A stretch of 64,000 nucleotides of DNA from contig JAEOTO010000032.1 in NCBI GenBank assembly GCA_016839805.1, positions 1-64,000 of the forward strand, in the 5' to 3' direction. This stretch comes from Candidatus Hermodarchaeota archaeon (lineage in GTDB: Archaea > Asgardarchaeota > Hermodarchaeia > Hermodarchaeales > Hermodarchaeaceae). The notes under the pieces were generated by a model. It worked only from the letters and a program-made list of their open reading frames with translations, had not been told where the DNA came from and made no database searches. Positions 31,745-42,051 of the stretch are shown piece by piece. Made by a program: the position numbers and the translations under genes. Position 1 is the stretch's first letter, and every line of letters starts with the position of its first letter.

Positions 31745-32242
31745 TTGTCCAATGAACCGTATGAATGGGCAGCCATTGGTGGAACCTTTGATCAATTACA
31801 TAAAGGACACATGACACTGCTCCGTCGGGCTTTTGAATTGGGCAAAAAAGTTCTCATCGGGTTAACCACCCAGGAAATGGTTAAGCATAAACAAGACTGG
31901 GAAATCATCGCTAGCTACGATGAGCGAAAAGTCGAGTTGGAAAAGTGGCTGAACTCCGAGGGATATGAAACCCGTTACATCATACGCCCGTTGCACGATA
32001 AATTTGGTCCAGCCATATCGGTGCCCGAACTCGAACTAATTGTTGTCAGTGAAGAAACCTGCCCAGTAGCAAAGGAAATTAACGAGATCCGTCGAGAACA
32101 TGGACTCTCCCTCTTACATATTGCCGTTCTAACGATGGTTATGGCAGAGGATCAAATTTCAATATCTTCAACCCGAATCCGAGCTGGAATCATCGACCGT
32201 GATGGTCATGTAATTTATCGAGAAGTAGCTAGCCACCAGTGA
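31745..32242 (+). CDS. coaD: Phosphopantetheine adenylyltransferase (archaeal/eukaryotic type)
   Basis: GGTFDQLHKGH, IVVSEET, ISSTRIR. Confidence 0.9.
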   Translation: MSNEPYEWAAIGGTFDQLHKGHMTLLRRAFELGKKVLIGLTTQEMVKHKQDWEIIASYDERKVELEKWLNSEGYETRYIIRPLHDKFGPAISVPELELIVVSEETCPVAKEINEIRREHGLSLLHIAVLTMVMAEDQISISSTRIRAGIIDRDGHVIYREVASHQ

Positions 32243-32271
32243 AAGACTTTAAGAGGCGCCGTTGACTTTTG

Positions 32272-32592
32272 GCTTCCAGCAATGAAGGGATAACAGCCAC
32301 TTTCGAGGACGAACCTGAAGAGTTCCTTCTTATGATGGTTCGTGCAAATTCGTGGCGACACTGGAGCAGCGTTGAAGGTTATGAGGCATGTGACAGGCTC
32401 CTGCTTGATCTAGGACGTGTAGTCCAGAGGTGATTGTGGGGGCAACCCACGATGTCCACACTTCGACGCCGGGTCGCACTGTGCTCATTACGCCCGACAT
32501 ATTAAGAGAGGACCTGTCGGAGGACTCACGGCGATTCGCCCACCGATGATGATGGGGCGTTAGTGTATCGGTCGACAGGGCCTAAGCGACCC
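32272..32592 (+). ncRNA. Multi-motif box H/ACA guide RNA (three hairpin-ACA units)
   Basis: TATA-like CTTTAAGA at 32247; three stem-pocket-stem-K-turn units with ACA at 32358, 32458 and 32575, each 14-15 nt from the upper stem. Confidence 0.75.
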
Positions 32593-32619
32593 ACCCTTTC
32601 TTACTGAACCTTAAACCAG

Positions 32620-33474
32620 GTGACGAAAATATCCCGTCGACCTTCACCCTTCCATGAATTTCTGACAGCCCAACTTGGTACACAGATTCCTTCAGAACTG
32701 CTCCCTCGCCGTCTCAGAATATTAGGTCATGTAGCTGTCCTCTGGTTACACCCTCAAGTGGAACAGTATAAGGAATTAATCGGTCAAACGGTATTACGAT
32801 ATAGCCCAAAAATCCGGTCAGTCCTCAGACGAACAGCAGCTATTGCTGGTCCATTCCGTCAACCGGCAGTTGAATTGATAGCAGGTTCTCCTGAAACCGA
32901 GACTGTTCTCAAAGAAAACAACATCATTTTTCACCTAGACCCAATGAAAGTAATGTTCTCACTAGGGAATAAATCAGAACGGCTTCGAATGAGTCAGGTT
33001 GGATCTGGTGAGACGGTTATTGACATGTTCACAGGAATTGGCCAATTTTCTCTCCCCCTTGCAGTTCACGCTCACCCAATTGTCGTACATGCAATTGAAT
33101 GGAATCCAGATGCCTTTGAATACCTTAACCAAAATATTATGGCGAATAGGATTTCAAAGATTGTCAAGGCGCATTTTGGTGATTCAGCAATTATAGCTCC
33201 GAAAATTAGTCAAGGATGTGCGGATCGTGTCATAATGGGATTGATTCAAGGGACATCTAGATATATCAAACAAGGAATTTCGAGTCTTCGACCTGGAGGA
33301 ATTATGCACCTCCATGAAGTGGAACCAAAGGATAAGATCCCCGCATCGATTCTTTCCAATCTAGAAAATTCTGCTGGCTTACTTAAACGTGAAATAGCAT
33401 TACTTGAGACCCGTATAATTAAGACCTATAACCCACAATTGAACCATTTTGTAATGGATGTCCAGGTTAATTAA
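32620..33474 (+). CDS. Trm5/Taw2-family SAM-dependent tRNA modification enzyme
   Basis: KVMFSLGN..ER, IDMFTGIGQFSLP, EWNPDAF, ADRVIMG. Confidence 0.85.
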   Translation: MTKISRRPSPFHEFLTAQLGTQIPSELLPRRLRILGHVAVLWLHPQVEQYKELIGQTVLRYSPKIRSVLRRTAAIAGPFRQPAVELIAGSPETETVLKENNIIFHLDPMKVMFSLGNKSERLRMSQVGSGETVIDMFTGIGQFSLPLAVHAHPIVVHAIEWNPDAFEYLNQNIMANRISKIVKAHFGDSAIIAPKISQGCADRVIMGLIQGTSRYIKQGISSLRPGGIMHLHEVEPKDKIPASILSNLENSAGLLKREIALLETRIIKTYNPQLNHFVMDVQVN

Positions 33475-33490
33475 CAGAAAATGGACTCGT

Positions 33491-34684
33491 CTATCGAGTA
33501 ATTTGATATTGCGAAATTTCTTGAAATAATTTTATGGCTTCAGGTGTATCATCAAAGTATTTTCGGACAGGCTCAAGGAGATCGATAATTGCCTTCGTTG
33601 CCGCCTGCTTGAGATCCAGTGGATGAACTGCACCTGACGCATATAATTCCTCAAGTTCATCAGCACTTGTAACGCTCAATGCACCGCCGTATTTTTCTGA
33701 TCTCTCTAGGTGTAATGTGAACCCGTCCTGTGAAAATAAGAGATTACGAACATAGTTGAGTATAGGATTACCTTCTACAGTCTGAGCCGGACAATAAGCA
33801 TTACGAATTTTCTTCGTAATTTCTCGTGACGAATCATGAATCAGGATTGAATCCCCGGGCTTAGATTTCGACATTTTAGAAGCCGTGGCTAAGTCTTGAG
33901 CAGAAAATTCGATTCCTATATCCATTCGCGAAGTTCCAGTTAGACCAGGCAAAAGCGGCATATGGATTCCCACTGGTTTCCAGTCTAGCTTCATTTTATC
34001 TGTCACTTCGCGAGCTAGAACATGAGCACGTCGTTGATCCATTCCTGCTAGACAAACCTCATACTGTTGGTCAATAATATCTGCAACCTGCAAACAAGGA
34101 TAAATTAACTTGGAAAAGTCTATTGTGGCTTCTTCTTCACTTCGCCCCATAATATCTGTTGACCTTCGGACTCTTGCTAAAGTCAGATTTTTAGCAACTT
34201 GTAAAACCTTTTCCCAATACTCTAATCGACGCATTAGGTCCTCAGCTGTGACGATGTGTACTTTGCGCAGATCAACATTAAGTGCCACAAAGCAATGTCG
34301 AAGATATTCAGCACACTGTCGAATTCGTTCAATATTGCCACCTAGTTTGTCATTAATTTGTGCATGCCATGTTGCAAGCAATATTTCCATTCGGACACCC
34401 AAATCTACGAGTTTGTTGAGTTTCTGAACCCAGCCAATCCAGCCGATATGGAATAACCCACTGGGTTCAACACCCACATAACCTCGAGGTTTCTCCTTGC
34501 GTTCGAATATCTTAGCAAGATCTTCCAACGTTAAGATTTCCTGTGTGTGTAGTGCAGCTTGTTCAACATCAGGCGGAAGGTTATTCACAGGTAACACGTC
34601 CACGTGTCTCGGGCATGTTTTGTTTAATATAAAAAGACACCGATGTAAACCTACTCCCTTTATGAAAGGGTAATAAAAATACAA
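33491..34684 (-). CDS. tyrS: Tyrosyl-tRNA synthetase (true start probably near 34596)
   Basis: YVGVEPSGLFHIG, IYPCLQVAD, GMDQRRAH, KMSKS, VHPLDLK. Confidence 0.95.
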   Translation of the reverse strand: MYFYYPFIKGVGLHRCLFILNKTCPRHVDVLPVNNLPPDVEQAALHTQEILTLEDLAKIFERKEKPRGYVGVEPSGLFHIGWIGWVQKLNKLVDLGVRMEILLATWHAQINDKLGGNIERIRQCAEYLRHCFVALNVDLRKVHIVTAEDLMRRLEYWEKVLQVAKNLTLARVRRSTDIMGRSEEEATIDFSKLIYPCLQVADIIDQQYEVCLAGMDQRRAHVLAREVTDKMKLDWKPVGIHMPLLPGLTGTSRMDIGIEFSAQDLATASKMSKSKPGDSILIHDSSREITKKIRNAYCPAQTVEGNPILNYVRNLLFSQDGFTLHLERSEKYGGALSVTSADELEELYASGAVHPLDLKQAATKAIIDLLEPVRKYFDDTPEAIKLFQEISQYQITR

Positions 34685-34717
34685 ACCACAGTAATTGCTT
34701 GAAATTGGCGAAGCTTC

Positions 34718-35116
34718 ATGGTTCGACAGCGTAAAAACACTAATAGAACTCAGGAAATATTCGAAGAGCGTTTCAAAAAAGGAGTTAAGCTCTTATTAGA
34801 GCTTTCTAGTAAGGGTGTGCCCATTGCCGTGGAGGGAATTAAAGATATTACTGCTCTTCGTAGGATGGGATTAACTGGGCCCATACATACCCTAACGGGT
34901 CATAGCATCGTGAGTCTAGCTGATGAGCTTGCGGATTCAAATCAGCTTTTGATTTTATTTGACTTTGATCGCCGCGGAGAACAACTTTCTAGGCAATTAA
35001 CACACCAATTACAAGGTCGAGGCGTACATTTGTTATTGAAGGAACGGAGTCAGTTACGACGTGCTTTCTGTTGGTATTCTCGAGTTATTGAAGGACTAAG
35101 ATTCCCCGTGAAATAG
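34718..35116 (+). CDS. Small TOPRIM domain protein
   Basis: VEGIKD..AL and DFDRRG motifs; upstream of dnaG. Confidence 0.8.
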   Translation: MVRQRKNTNRTQEIFEERFKKGVKLLLELSSKGVPIAVEGIKDITALRRMGLTGPIHTLTGHSIVSLADELADSNQLLILFDFDRRGEQLSRQLTHQLQGRGVHLLLKERSQLRRAFCWYSRVIEGLRFPVK

Positions 35117-35282
35117 TTCGAAAGGCGGAAAGTTTTAATGTGTTTCATTCAAGTGGCTATTTGCATCACGCTTACAAAGTTGCATTATCTAATCAAAAAC
35201 AATCAGAAAAAATAACGGCGCACTCACAATCACGCGCCGCCACTAAAAAAAATTACAATTCACTAATCACTAGGTGACGATT

Positions 35283-36594
35283 ATGGTAGCAAATGCAGAA
35301 ACCACTGGTACCACTAAATATTGTATTCGTGGGAAAATTGAAATTGATGGAGTAGTAGAAACCCCGGATGTTGTAGGCGCCCTCTTTGGCCAAACTGAGG
35401 GCCTACACTTCATATCATTGATTTGAAGGGGCAATCGGCGAAGATTTGGACCTCAGAGAATTGCAACAATCGGGACGAATTGGTCGAATAAAAGTTGAGC
35501 TGCACTCGGAAAGTGGCAAATCAAAAGGTACTATTACCATTCCATGCAGTCTTGATCGAACGGAAACTGCAATCCTTGCAGCAGCCATTGAAACGGTGGA
35601 CCGCGTGGGTCCCTGTGCTGCTAAGATTACACTAGAAAAGGTAGAAGACGTTCGAGAAGAAAAACGTAAACGCATTATTGACCGTGCTGTAGAACTATTA
35701 CGCGACTGGGAGGGAGAAATCTCCCCAGATTCGCAGGAAATGACCGACACTGTAGTTAGCGAATCCCGTACAGCCGATATAACGAAAATTGGTAAAGATA
35801 GGCTTCCGGCAGGCCCTGATACGCAAAAATCTGATACCATCATTATTGTCGAAGGACGTGCTGACGTACTCGCACTACTTAGAGCTGGTATTAGAAATGC
35901 TGTTGCAGTTGAAGGTACCTCGATTCCAAAATCATTACGCGAAATTATTAACTCAAAAACGGTAATTGCCTTCCTTGACGGAGATCGAGGAGGCGATCTG
36001 ATTCTCAAAGAATTATCTCAAGTCTCGAATGTAGATTTTGTTGCAAGGGCACCTCATGGTAGAGAAGTAGAAGAGCTTACACATAAAGAAATTACCAAGG
36101 CGCTTCGCCATAAGGTTCCTGCTGAACAACTAACTGGGAAACCAAGGAGAAGGAAACCTACAACGACCCCGAGGACAAAACAGCAGATACGTCGGACCAA
36201 ACCACAGAAGACCAAAGAACCGCCTCGGAAGACAAAAACCACTACTACAAAAAGGACTTCACGAGCTAAAGCGATTGAAAAAGCGAAAGTAGAACCAAAG
36301 GAGTTGGGCATTCCAAAACCAGTTCTTGATTCTGCCGAGAAGATACAACAGACTATGATGGCTGTTATTTTTGATGATAATTTCAAACAACTTCAAGAAC
36401 CGCATGTTGGAGAACTAGCAAACGAGTTACAGAAGCTTGACAAAGCAAATACGCTTCTTCTAGATGGCGTGGTTACTCAGCGTCTCATTGATATTGCAGA
36501 GGAACGAGGGGTTAGGTTGATTATTGGTGTTCGTATTGGTAATATTGTCAAGAAGCCTGCAAAAATGCGAATTCATACATTTGATGAGTTATAA
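35283..36594 (+). CDS. dnaG: Archaeal DnaG (exosome-associated); exons 35283-35406 and 35435-36594, 427 aa after splicing
   Basis: Exon 1 encodes [22 protein letters not shown]; exon 2 encodes [34 protein letters not shown]. Confidence 0.9.
35407..35434 (+). other. 28-nt BHB-type intron in dnaG mRNA
   Basis: Helix GCCT/GGGC, bulges ACA and AAT, intron stem CTTCA/TGAAG; contains an in-frame TGA and shifts the frame. Confidence 0.85.
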
Positions 36595-36683
36595 CATGCC
36601 ATCATCCTGTCAAGTCAGCAAGGCTTAAATATCGAGCACTCTCAGGTTCGCCTCGACCCTATCAATACAGTGAGTGTGTTTTC

Positions 36684-36980
36684 GTGGCTGAAACAAATGC
36701 AAAGCTCATCCGAGTCCTTCGAGCAGTCGCATTGCTCTTCCTAGTTGCAGCAGCAGCCCTTATCTTGTTAAACCTGGTTCCCGGTATTTCTTGGGAACTA
36801 CCTTCTGCCGTTGTTTTTTTGGGCTTTATACTCATCGGCGGTCTTAGCTTTGGTATTTCTGGATTGATGTCAGAAAATCCTCAAATAACCCGAAAGTTAT
36901 TCTTTGAATGGCTTATTGTTGTTGCCGTGATTCTCATATGGGTCGTTGGTGTCTATTCTTTACTAATTCCAATTACATGA
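36684..36980 (+). CDS. Small hypothetical 3-TM membrane protein
   Basis: Three hydrophobic segments; upstream of atpD. Confidence 0.6.
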   Translation: MAETNAKLIRVLRAVALLFLVAAAALILLNLVPGISWELPSAVVFLGFILIGGLSFGISGLMSENPQITRKLFFEWLIVVAVILIWVVGVYSLLIPIT

Positions 36981-36989
36981 GGTAGCATC

Positions 36990-37643
36990 TTGTCTGAATC
37001 GGCTGGAATCATTGCAGGTGTTCGTCCAACACGAATGGAGTTACTAGCCTTAAAGGAGAGACGTGAACTAGCTGCACGTGGTTATGAACTTCTCCGAGAA
37101 AAACAGGATGCATTGGTCCGTGAATTTTTCGCAATATTATCTGAGGCGAAGAAGTATCGAGAAGAAATGGAAACTACTTTGGCTGAAGCTTTTTCATCGT
37201 TTATGGAAGCAAAATTAGTTGAAGGCGGAGCAAAATTAGAAGAACTATCTTTGGGTGCAAGAAGTCCGATAGATTTTGAAGTTGAAACAAGGAACACGAT
37301 GGGGGTTTCAGTGCCCATATTCCGGATTACACAACAGAATGAAGAACACCACCTACATTATAGTCTGGCCAGTACTTCTGCTGCCGTAGACAAAGCCACT
37401 CAGAAGGTACGTTCAGCCCTCGATAAAGTTGTGCGCCTTGCGGAAATTGAAGCAACAGTCAAACGGCTTGCTGCTGAAATTGAGAAAACAAAACGGCGTG
37501 TAAATGCCTTAAACTACGTGGTTCTTCCCCGAATCAATAATACAATCCGATACATTGAGCTCATGCTTGAAGAGCAAGAAAGAGAGGATCTATTTAGAAT
37601 GAAACGTGTTAAGGCTATGTTGGAACGCAAAGCTCGTATGTAA
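36990..37643 (+). CDS. atpD: A/V-type ATP synthase subunit D
   Basis: PTRMELL, GYELLREKQDAL, EIEKTKRRVNAL. Confidence 0.93.
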   Translation: MSESAGIIAGVRPTRMELLALKERRELAARGYELLREKQDALVREFFAILSEAKKYREEMETTLAEAFSSFMEAKLVEGGAKLEELSLGARSPIDFEVETRNTMGVSVPIFRITQQNEEHHLHYSLASTSAAVDKATQKVRSALDKVVRLAEIEATVKRLAAEIEKTKRRVNALNYVVLPRINNTIRYIELMLEEQEREDLFRMKRVKAMLERKARM

Positions 37644-37648
37644 CTGTC

Positions 37649-38074
37649 TTAGCCTTGAGTAAGAGTAATTATTGCCTTAGCCAGGTTCCCGTCCGTCGCT
37701 CGCAACGCCTCTCGGGCGTCCTCCTCAGAAACATTAGCTTGACTTGCTACTAGTTGAACATCCTCTTCTGTAAAAGATCGAGGAGGAGCTATTGAAGTTC
37801 CTTCTTCAACTGCAGTGGAAGCTGTTATTCCTCTTTCCTCAGATTGGCCTACTATTTGATAAATATCGTCACCTTGTGCTTTCATTAAGAGTACTTGAGG
37901 TTCGGGAAGGATTAATTCTTTGTCAGGAAAACGAATAAGGACCTCTGTGACGTCATCTAATTGTTGAAAATCGACGCCCATGCGTCGCATTTGTCGCTCC
38001 ATTGAGCGCTTCTTTGACTTGACTTTTTTTACTTTTACCAAATTTGATCCCTCATTTTCACAACAAATTCGCAT
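37649..38074 (-). CDS. nac: Nascent polypeptide-associated complex protein
   Basis: MRRMGVD, YQIVG and the UBA-like EEDVQLVASQANVSEEDAREAL..GNLAKAI. Confidence 0.92.
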   Translation of the reverse strand: MRICCENEGSNLVKVKKVKSKKRSMERQMRRMGVDFQQLDDVTEVLIRFPDKELILPEPQVLLMKAQGDDIYQIVGQSEERGITASTAVEEGTSIAPPRSFTEEDVQLVASQANVSEEDAREALRATDGNLAKAIITLTQG

Positions 38075-38090
38075 TATTGATTGACATAAT

Positions 38091-38603
38091 TTAGGTTTTT
38101 CTTTTCTTGCTTGAATGCCGCGTTTTAACAGCTACACCACGGGACAACTCAAGCATTTCTTGAGGACTTAATTGAGCCATCCCCACAGCAAGAAGAGTAT
38201 CTTTGTCATCTACGACAAGGACTTCATCTCCTGCCCGCAAATCGGGATCTACCTCTTTAATGTGTTTAGCAAAAACGCTGCGGCCTTCTTTAATAAAAGG
38301 TGCGATCTCTTGGCTTACAATTACACGAAGCTTCGGGTAGGGAGCTGTTTGATGTAAACGCATAGCACCAGTCATGGTTAAGACAATTCGTCCATCATGT
38401 GCTCGAATAGTAGCAAGAACTTTAGATTCGAGTAACACTCTACGAATTTGACCTGATCTTTTGGAAATCTCTAACTCACAATTATCTGGGAATAGCAGGT
38501 GTCCAATTGAAGAGCTGAATTGATAGTTCGCTATACCTCTTGCCCTAAGCAATGGATCATCAATCTCGATTTGGCTCGCCTCGTCTTTCTTACAATAGAT
38601 CAT
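38091..38603 (-). CDS. PUA domain protein (archaeosine TGT C-terminal-like)
   Basis: [32 protein letters not shown]. Confidence 0.85.
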   Translation of the reverse strand: MIYCKKDEASQIEIDDPLLRARGIANYQFSSSIGHLLFPDNCELEISKRSGQIRRVLLESKVLATIRAHDGRIVLTMTGAMRLHQTAPYPKLRVIVSQEIAPFIKEGRSVFAKHIKEVDPDLRAGDEVLVVDDKDTLLAVGMAQLSPQEMLELSRGVAVKTRHSSKKRKT

Positions 38604-39814
38604 CCATAAATGTCTGTCGCGTCGCTACGGTCAGCAATGTTGCCTAAAACTTTGGTTATGGCTTTGTTGAAGTCATCCCGGCTAACAACATCCCGAAGTT
38701 CTCGAATAGCGAACATTCCCGCTTCGGTGCAAATTGCTTTTAGATCGGCTCCAGATGCCCCATTTGTTTTGGCGGCAATTAAGCTAACATCTACATCAGA
38801 TTGGATGTTCATATTTCGCATATGAATTTGGAGTATCTGTATTCGAGCTTCTTTATCAGGAAATGGAAATTCGATAATGCGGTCAAATCGTCCTGGTCGA
38901 GTTAACGCATTGTCTAGGATGTCGGGTCGATTAGTGGCAGCGATAATTCGAACATCACCACGAGGATCAAATCCATCGAGCATGCTGAGGAGTTGCATAA
39001 GAGTACGTTGCACCTCGCGATCTCCGCTTGTTGCTATATCGAGTCGTCGACTTGCAACAGCATCTAATTCATCGATAAAAACAATACTTGGAGAACGTTT
39101 ACGAGCCATATAGAAGATTTCTCTAACGATGCGTGCTCCTTCGCCAATGAATTTCTGCACTAATTCGGAACCAATGACGCGAATAAAGGTGGCTTTTGTT
39201 TCATGGGCTACCGCTCGGGCGAGTAGGGTTTTTCCTGTGCCAGGTGGACCACATAAAAGAACGCCTTTGGGCGGTTCAATACCGACTTTTTCAAAGAGCT
39301 CAGGGTGTAGAAGGGGAAGTTCAACTGTTTCACGAATCTCTGCAATCTGCTCTTCTAATCCACCAATATCCTCATACGTAACATCGGGACTTTCTTCTAC
39401 ATTCATAGCCTGAACAAAAGGATCAACCGAAATGGGTAAGACATCTACAACCGCCAGGGTTCGCTGGTTAAGAGCTACTTTCGCTCCAGATTCAAGTTTG
39501 CTTCCAATAATTGATTCGGGGTAATTAACAACGAATTGTGGTCCCGTGCTACTTTTCACAATTACTCTGCCATCACCAAGAACATCGATTACTGTGGCTG
39601 AGACCAATGGAGGTTGTCTTAGCTTATTCAGCTCTGCCTGTAAAATCCGAACTTCATTTTCAAGTCGAGTACGTTCAGCTGTGATTTGTTCCTTTTCGAG
39701 TTCTAACTCACGGACTCGTTGCTCCAATAAGATTGTACGTTCAGCAAGAGACATGTAATCTTCAGGGGAGATCGCTTTTTTACGAATATCAGTGGAATCG
39801 GTCATTGCAAGCAC
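38600..39814 (-). CDS. pan: Proteasome-activating nucleotidase
   Basis: Coiled coil, [35 protein letters not shown]. Confidence 0.96.
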   Translation of the reverse strand: MLAMTDSTDIRKKAISPEDYMSLAERTILLEQRVRELELEKEQITAERTRLENEVRILQAELNKLRQPPLVSATVIDVLGDGRVIVKSSTGPQFVVNYPESIIGSKLESGAKVALNQRTLAVVDVLPISVDPFVQAMNVEESPDVTYEDIGGLEEQIAEIRETVELPLLHPELFEKVGIEPPKGVLLCGPPGTGKTLLARAVAHETKATFIRVIGSELVQKFIGEGARIVREIFYMARKRSPSIVFIDELDAVASRRLDIATSGDREVQRTLMQLLSMLDGFDPRGDVRIIAATNRPDILDNALTRPGRFDRIIEFPFPDKEARIQILQIHMRNMNIQSDVDVSLIAAKTNGASGADLKAICTEAGMFAIRELRDVVSRDDFNKAITKVLGNIADRSDATDIYG

Positions 39815-39947
39815 TCTGAGTTAAACGCGCTAAAAGCTTTTTTTATTCCTCCAGTGTTAATATAAAACCTCATTAGGAATCAGTTAGAATGAAAAGATAC
39901 TTTTAGATATTCGCGGGTAAAGTGTTAGATGGTGGCGAAAAAGCGTC

Positions 39948-40448
39948 ATGCCAACCTGTGAGATATGTGGTCGCGAATGCAAGTCAACGAGAGAAATTTC
40001 CCTTGAAGGAGCATGTCTCCAAGCCTGTAGTCGTTGTGCACAGCTAGGAGAACCTGTGCAACGAAGAAAAAAACCAAGCTCTCAGACTCGCCCAATAGCA
40101 AAACCCCGTTCTTCCTCAACTCGATATACCACAGTTCGCCCTCGTTCTCAAAGACGCGAGTTGGTACCGGTAGAAGATTTTACTAAGTTAATTCGAAGGG
40201 CAAGAGAAGAGAGAAAGTGGTCACAAAAAGACGTTGCTAATAAACTCCATGAAAGAACATCAGTCATCACAAAAGTTGAGAGTGGAAAAATGGCTCCCAC
40301 TATCAATCTGGCAAGAAAACTGGAACGCCTGTTTAAACTAACACTTCTTGAAGAAACAGAATCCATTGACCTTTCACCCACTCCTTCACACAGTACAGCA
40401 ACATTGGGAGATGTTGTTCAGATAAAACGAAAGAAACCCAGCTCCTAG
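39948..40448 (+). CDS. Multiprotein bridging factor aMBF1
   Basis: CEICG..CSRC zinc ribbon, HTH, TLGDV tail. Confidence 0.9.
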   Translation: MPTCEICGRECKSTREISLEGACLQACSRCAQLGEPVQRRKKPSSQTRPIAKPRSSSTRYTTVRPRSQRRELVPVEDFTKLIRRAREERKWSQKDVANKLHERTSVITKVESGKMAPTINLARKLERLFKLTLLEETESIDLSPTPSHSTATLGDVVQIKRKKPSS

Positions 40449-40475
40449 ATTGATCGTAGCCGAGAGAGATACATA

Positions 40476-41045
40476 TTGAAAGGTCGAGATTCCTTTATGA
40501 AACCCCCAAAATGGCGCATAGTTGTATTAAGGCTGGATCATCGCCCTGAACGTGATAAACGAGTAACAACACATATTGGATTAACCGCACGGGCGTTTGG
40601 GGCATCAGGTCTTTGGACGGCAGGATTGAAGGATCTCAAAATTGTTGAGTCAATGAAACAGGTGACTTCACAGTGGGGTTACAAGAGATTTGAAGTCATA
40701 ACTGGAGTTAATTGGCGTCACCGGTTACGGAAGTGGAAAGAAGAAGGAGGTGAAGTTATTCATCTTACGATGTATGGGTTACATATTGACAAGGTAATAT
40801 CAAAAATTGATTCTTCACCTCGAGCTAAACTCATTGTAGTGGGTAGTTCAAAGGTTCCCATTGAGGTTTTCAAAGTTGCTGATTATAACGTCGCTATCGG
40901 TCATCAACCTCATAGTGAAATTGCTGCGCTGGCAATTTTTCTCGACCGACTTTTTCAAGGAAAAATGCTTCATAAAAGGTTTCTTGATGCTAAAATGGAA
41001 ATAAAACCTACAGCAGATGGGAAACGGGTTAAGGAACCGGAGTAA
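40476..41045 (+). CDS. trm56: tRNA (C56) 2'-O-methyltransferase aTrm56
   Basis: HRPERDKRVTTH, HLTMYG, QPHSEIAAL. Confidence 0.93.
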   Translation: MKGRDSFMKPPKWRIVVLRLDHRPERDKRVTTHIGLTARAFGASGLWTAGLKDLKIVESMKQVTSQWGYKRFEVITGVNWRHRLRKWKEEGGEVIHLTMYGLHIDKVISKIDSSPRAKLIVVGSSKVPIEVFKVADYNVAIGHQPHSEIAALAIFLDRLFQGKMLHKRFLDAKMEIKPTADGKRVKEPE

Positions 41046-41118
41046 TCATGATACGGATTGGGTCCAAGAACTGGATTTTGTGAAACAAAAAGGTCTATAT
41101 TCCATGCCGGAGTAGATT

Positions 41119-41640
41119 ATGTGTAAATCTATGTCTGGACGTGAGATGCTAATTAAGCAGGTTGTCATTGAGTTCGCCGGTGATGACGCATTTGAAGTTG
41201 CGTCGCGTTTGAAAGAGGATGAAGAAACTACAGATGAGGAAATTGCCAATCAAACAGGCATGCGCCTCAATGCTGTTAGGAAAATTCTCTACAAGCTTTA
41301 TGACCTTCATTTGGCGTCCTATCGCCGTACCCGCGATAAAGAAACCGGATGGTTTGTCTATTACTGGATATTAGAGCCGGAACGCATCCATGATCTTTTA
41401 CGCGAGAAAAAAAACAAGGTCCTTGAACGACTAAGACAGCGTCTAGCATACGAAGCAGAAAACACCTTCTACCATTGTAATCATGATGGCTGTCCACGTC
41501 ACACCTTTGATGAAGCCATGACAAACGCCTTCAAATGCCCAATATGTAATAACCAACTTGTCCACGTCGACAATACCCAAATAATCTCGATTCTACGCAA
41601 ACAAATTGAAGTCTTAGAGGAAGATATCAAGCCAAATTAG
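41119..41640 (+). CDS. tfe: Transcription factor E alpha
   Basis: TDEEIA, VRKILYKL, RDKETGWFVYYW, FKCPIC. Confidence 0.94.
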   Translation: MCKSMSGREMLIKQVVIEFAGDDAFEVASRLKEDEETTDEEIANQTGMRLNAVRKILYKLYDLHLASYRRTRDKETGWFVYYWILEPERIHDLLREKKNKVLERLRQRLAYEAENTFYHCNHDGCPRHTFDEAMTNAFKCPICNNQLVHVDNTQIISILRKQIEVLEEDIKPN

Positions 41641-41711
41641 TGTGTGCAAAGAAGGTTTCTTTATTCCAAGGAGACCTTTTTAGGGGAGCATCGAATAACG
41701 GAATTCAAGTT

Positions 41712-41820
41712 GGGCCGATGGTCTAGCTATCTACTGGGATACTCCCCCGGTGGACTAGAAGGTTATGATATCGCGCTTACACCGCGATGGTCGGGGGTTC
41801 GAATCCCTCTCGGCCCACCA
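41712..41820 (+). tRNA. tRNA-Val(TAC) with D-loop intron
   Basis: GGGCCGA/TCGGCCC acceptor stem, TCGCG-CT-TAC-AC-CGCGA; BHB CTAG/CTAG. Confidence 0.9.
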
Positions 41821-41931
41821 TCTTGTTACTCATCTTCACAATCATGATGAAAGACTACAGAGTTTGTCGCTGCCTAAAACCAGCAACATAAACTTATTAA
41901 AGAGCGTTATTTGTACCTGCAACGACCCCGT

Positions 41932-42017
41932 GCCGGGGTATCCTAGCCTGGTAGGGAGCAGGCCTGCTAAGTCTGTGTCCATGGGACTCACGGGTTCGAA
42001 TCCCGTCCCCGGCGCCA
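41932..42017 (+). tRNA. tRNA-Ser(GCT), no intron
   Basis: GCCGGGG/CCCCGGC acceptor stem, CAGGC-CT-GCT-AA-GTCTG, long variable arm. Confidence 0.92.
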
Positions 42018-42051
42018 TAAACTCTTTAGTACAAGTAGACTCGGAGATGTT

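Noticed and set aside
32272-32592. RNase P RNA
   Set aside because: The size fits, but I could not find the conserved P4 motifs (GAGGAAA.UCC and ACA.AA...GGCUUA); H/ACA features explain it better.
35283-35446. dnaG pseudogene or sequencing frameshift
   Set aside because: The insert forms a BHB whose rule-based cleavage restores both the frame and the consensus residues.
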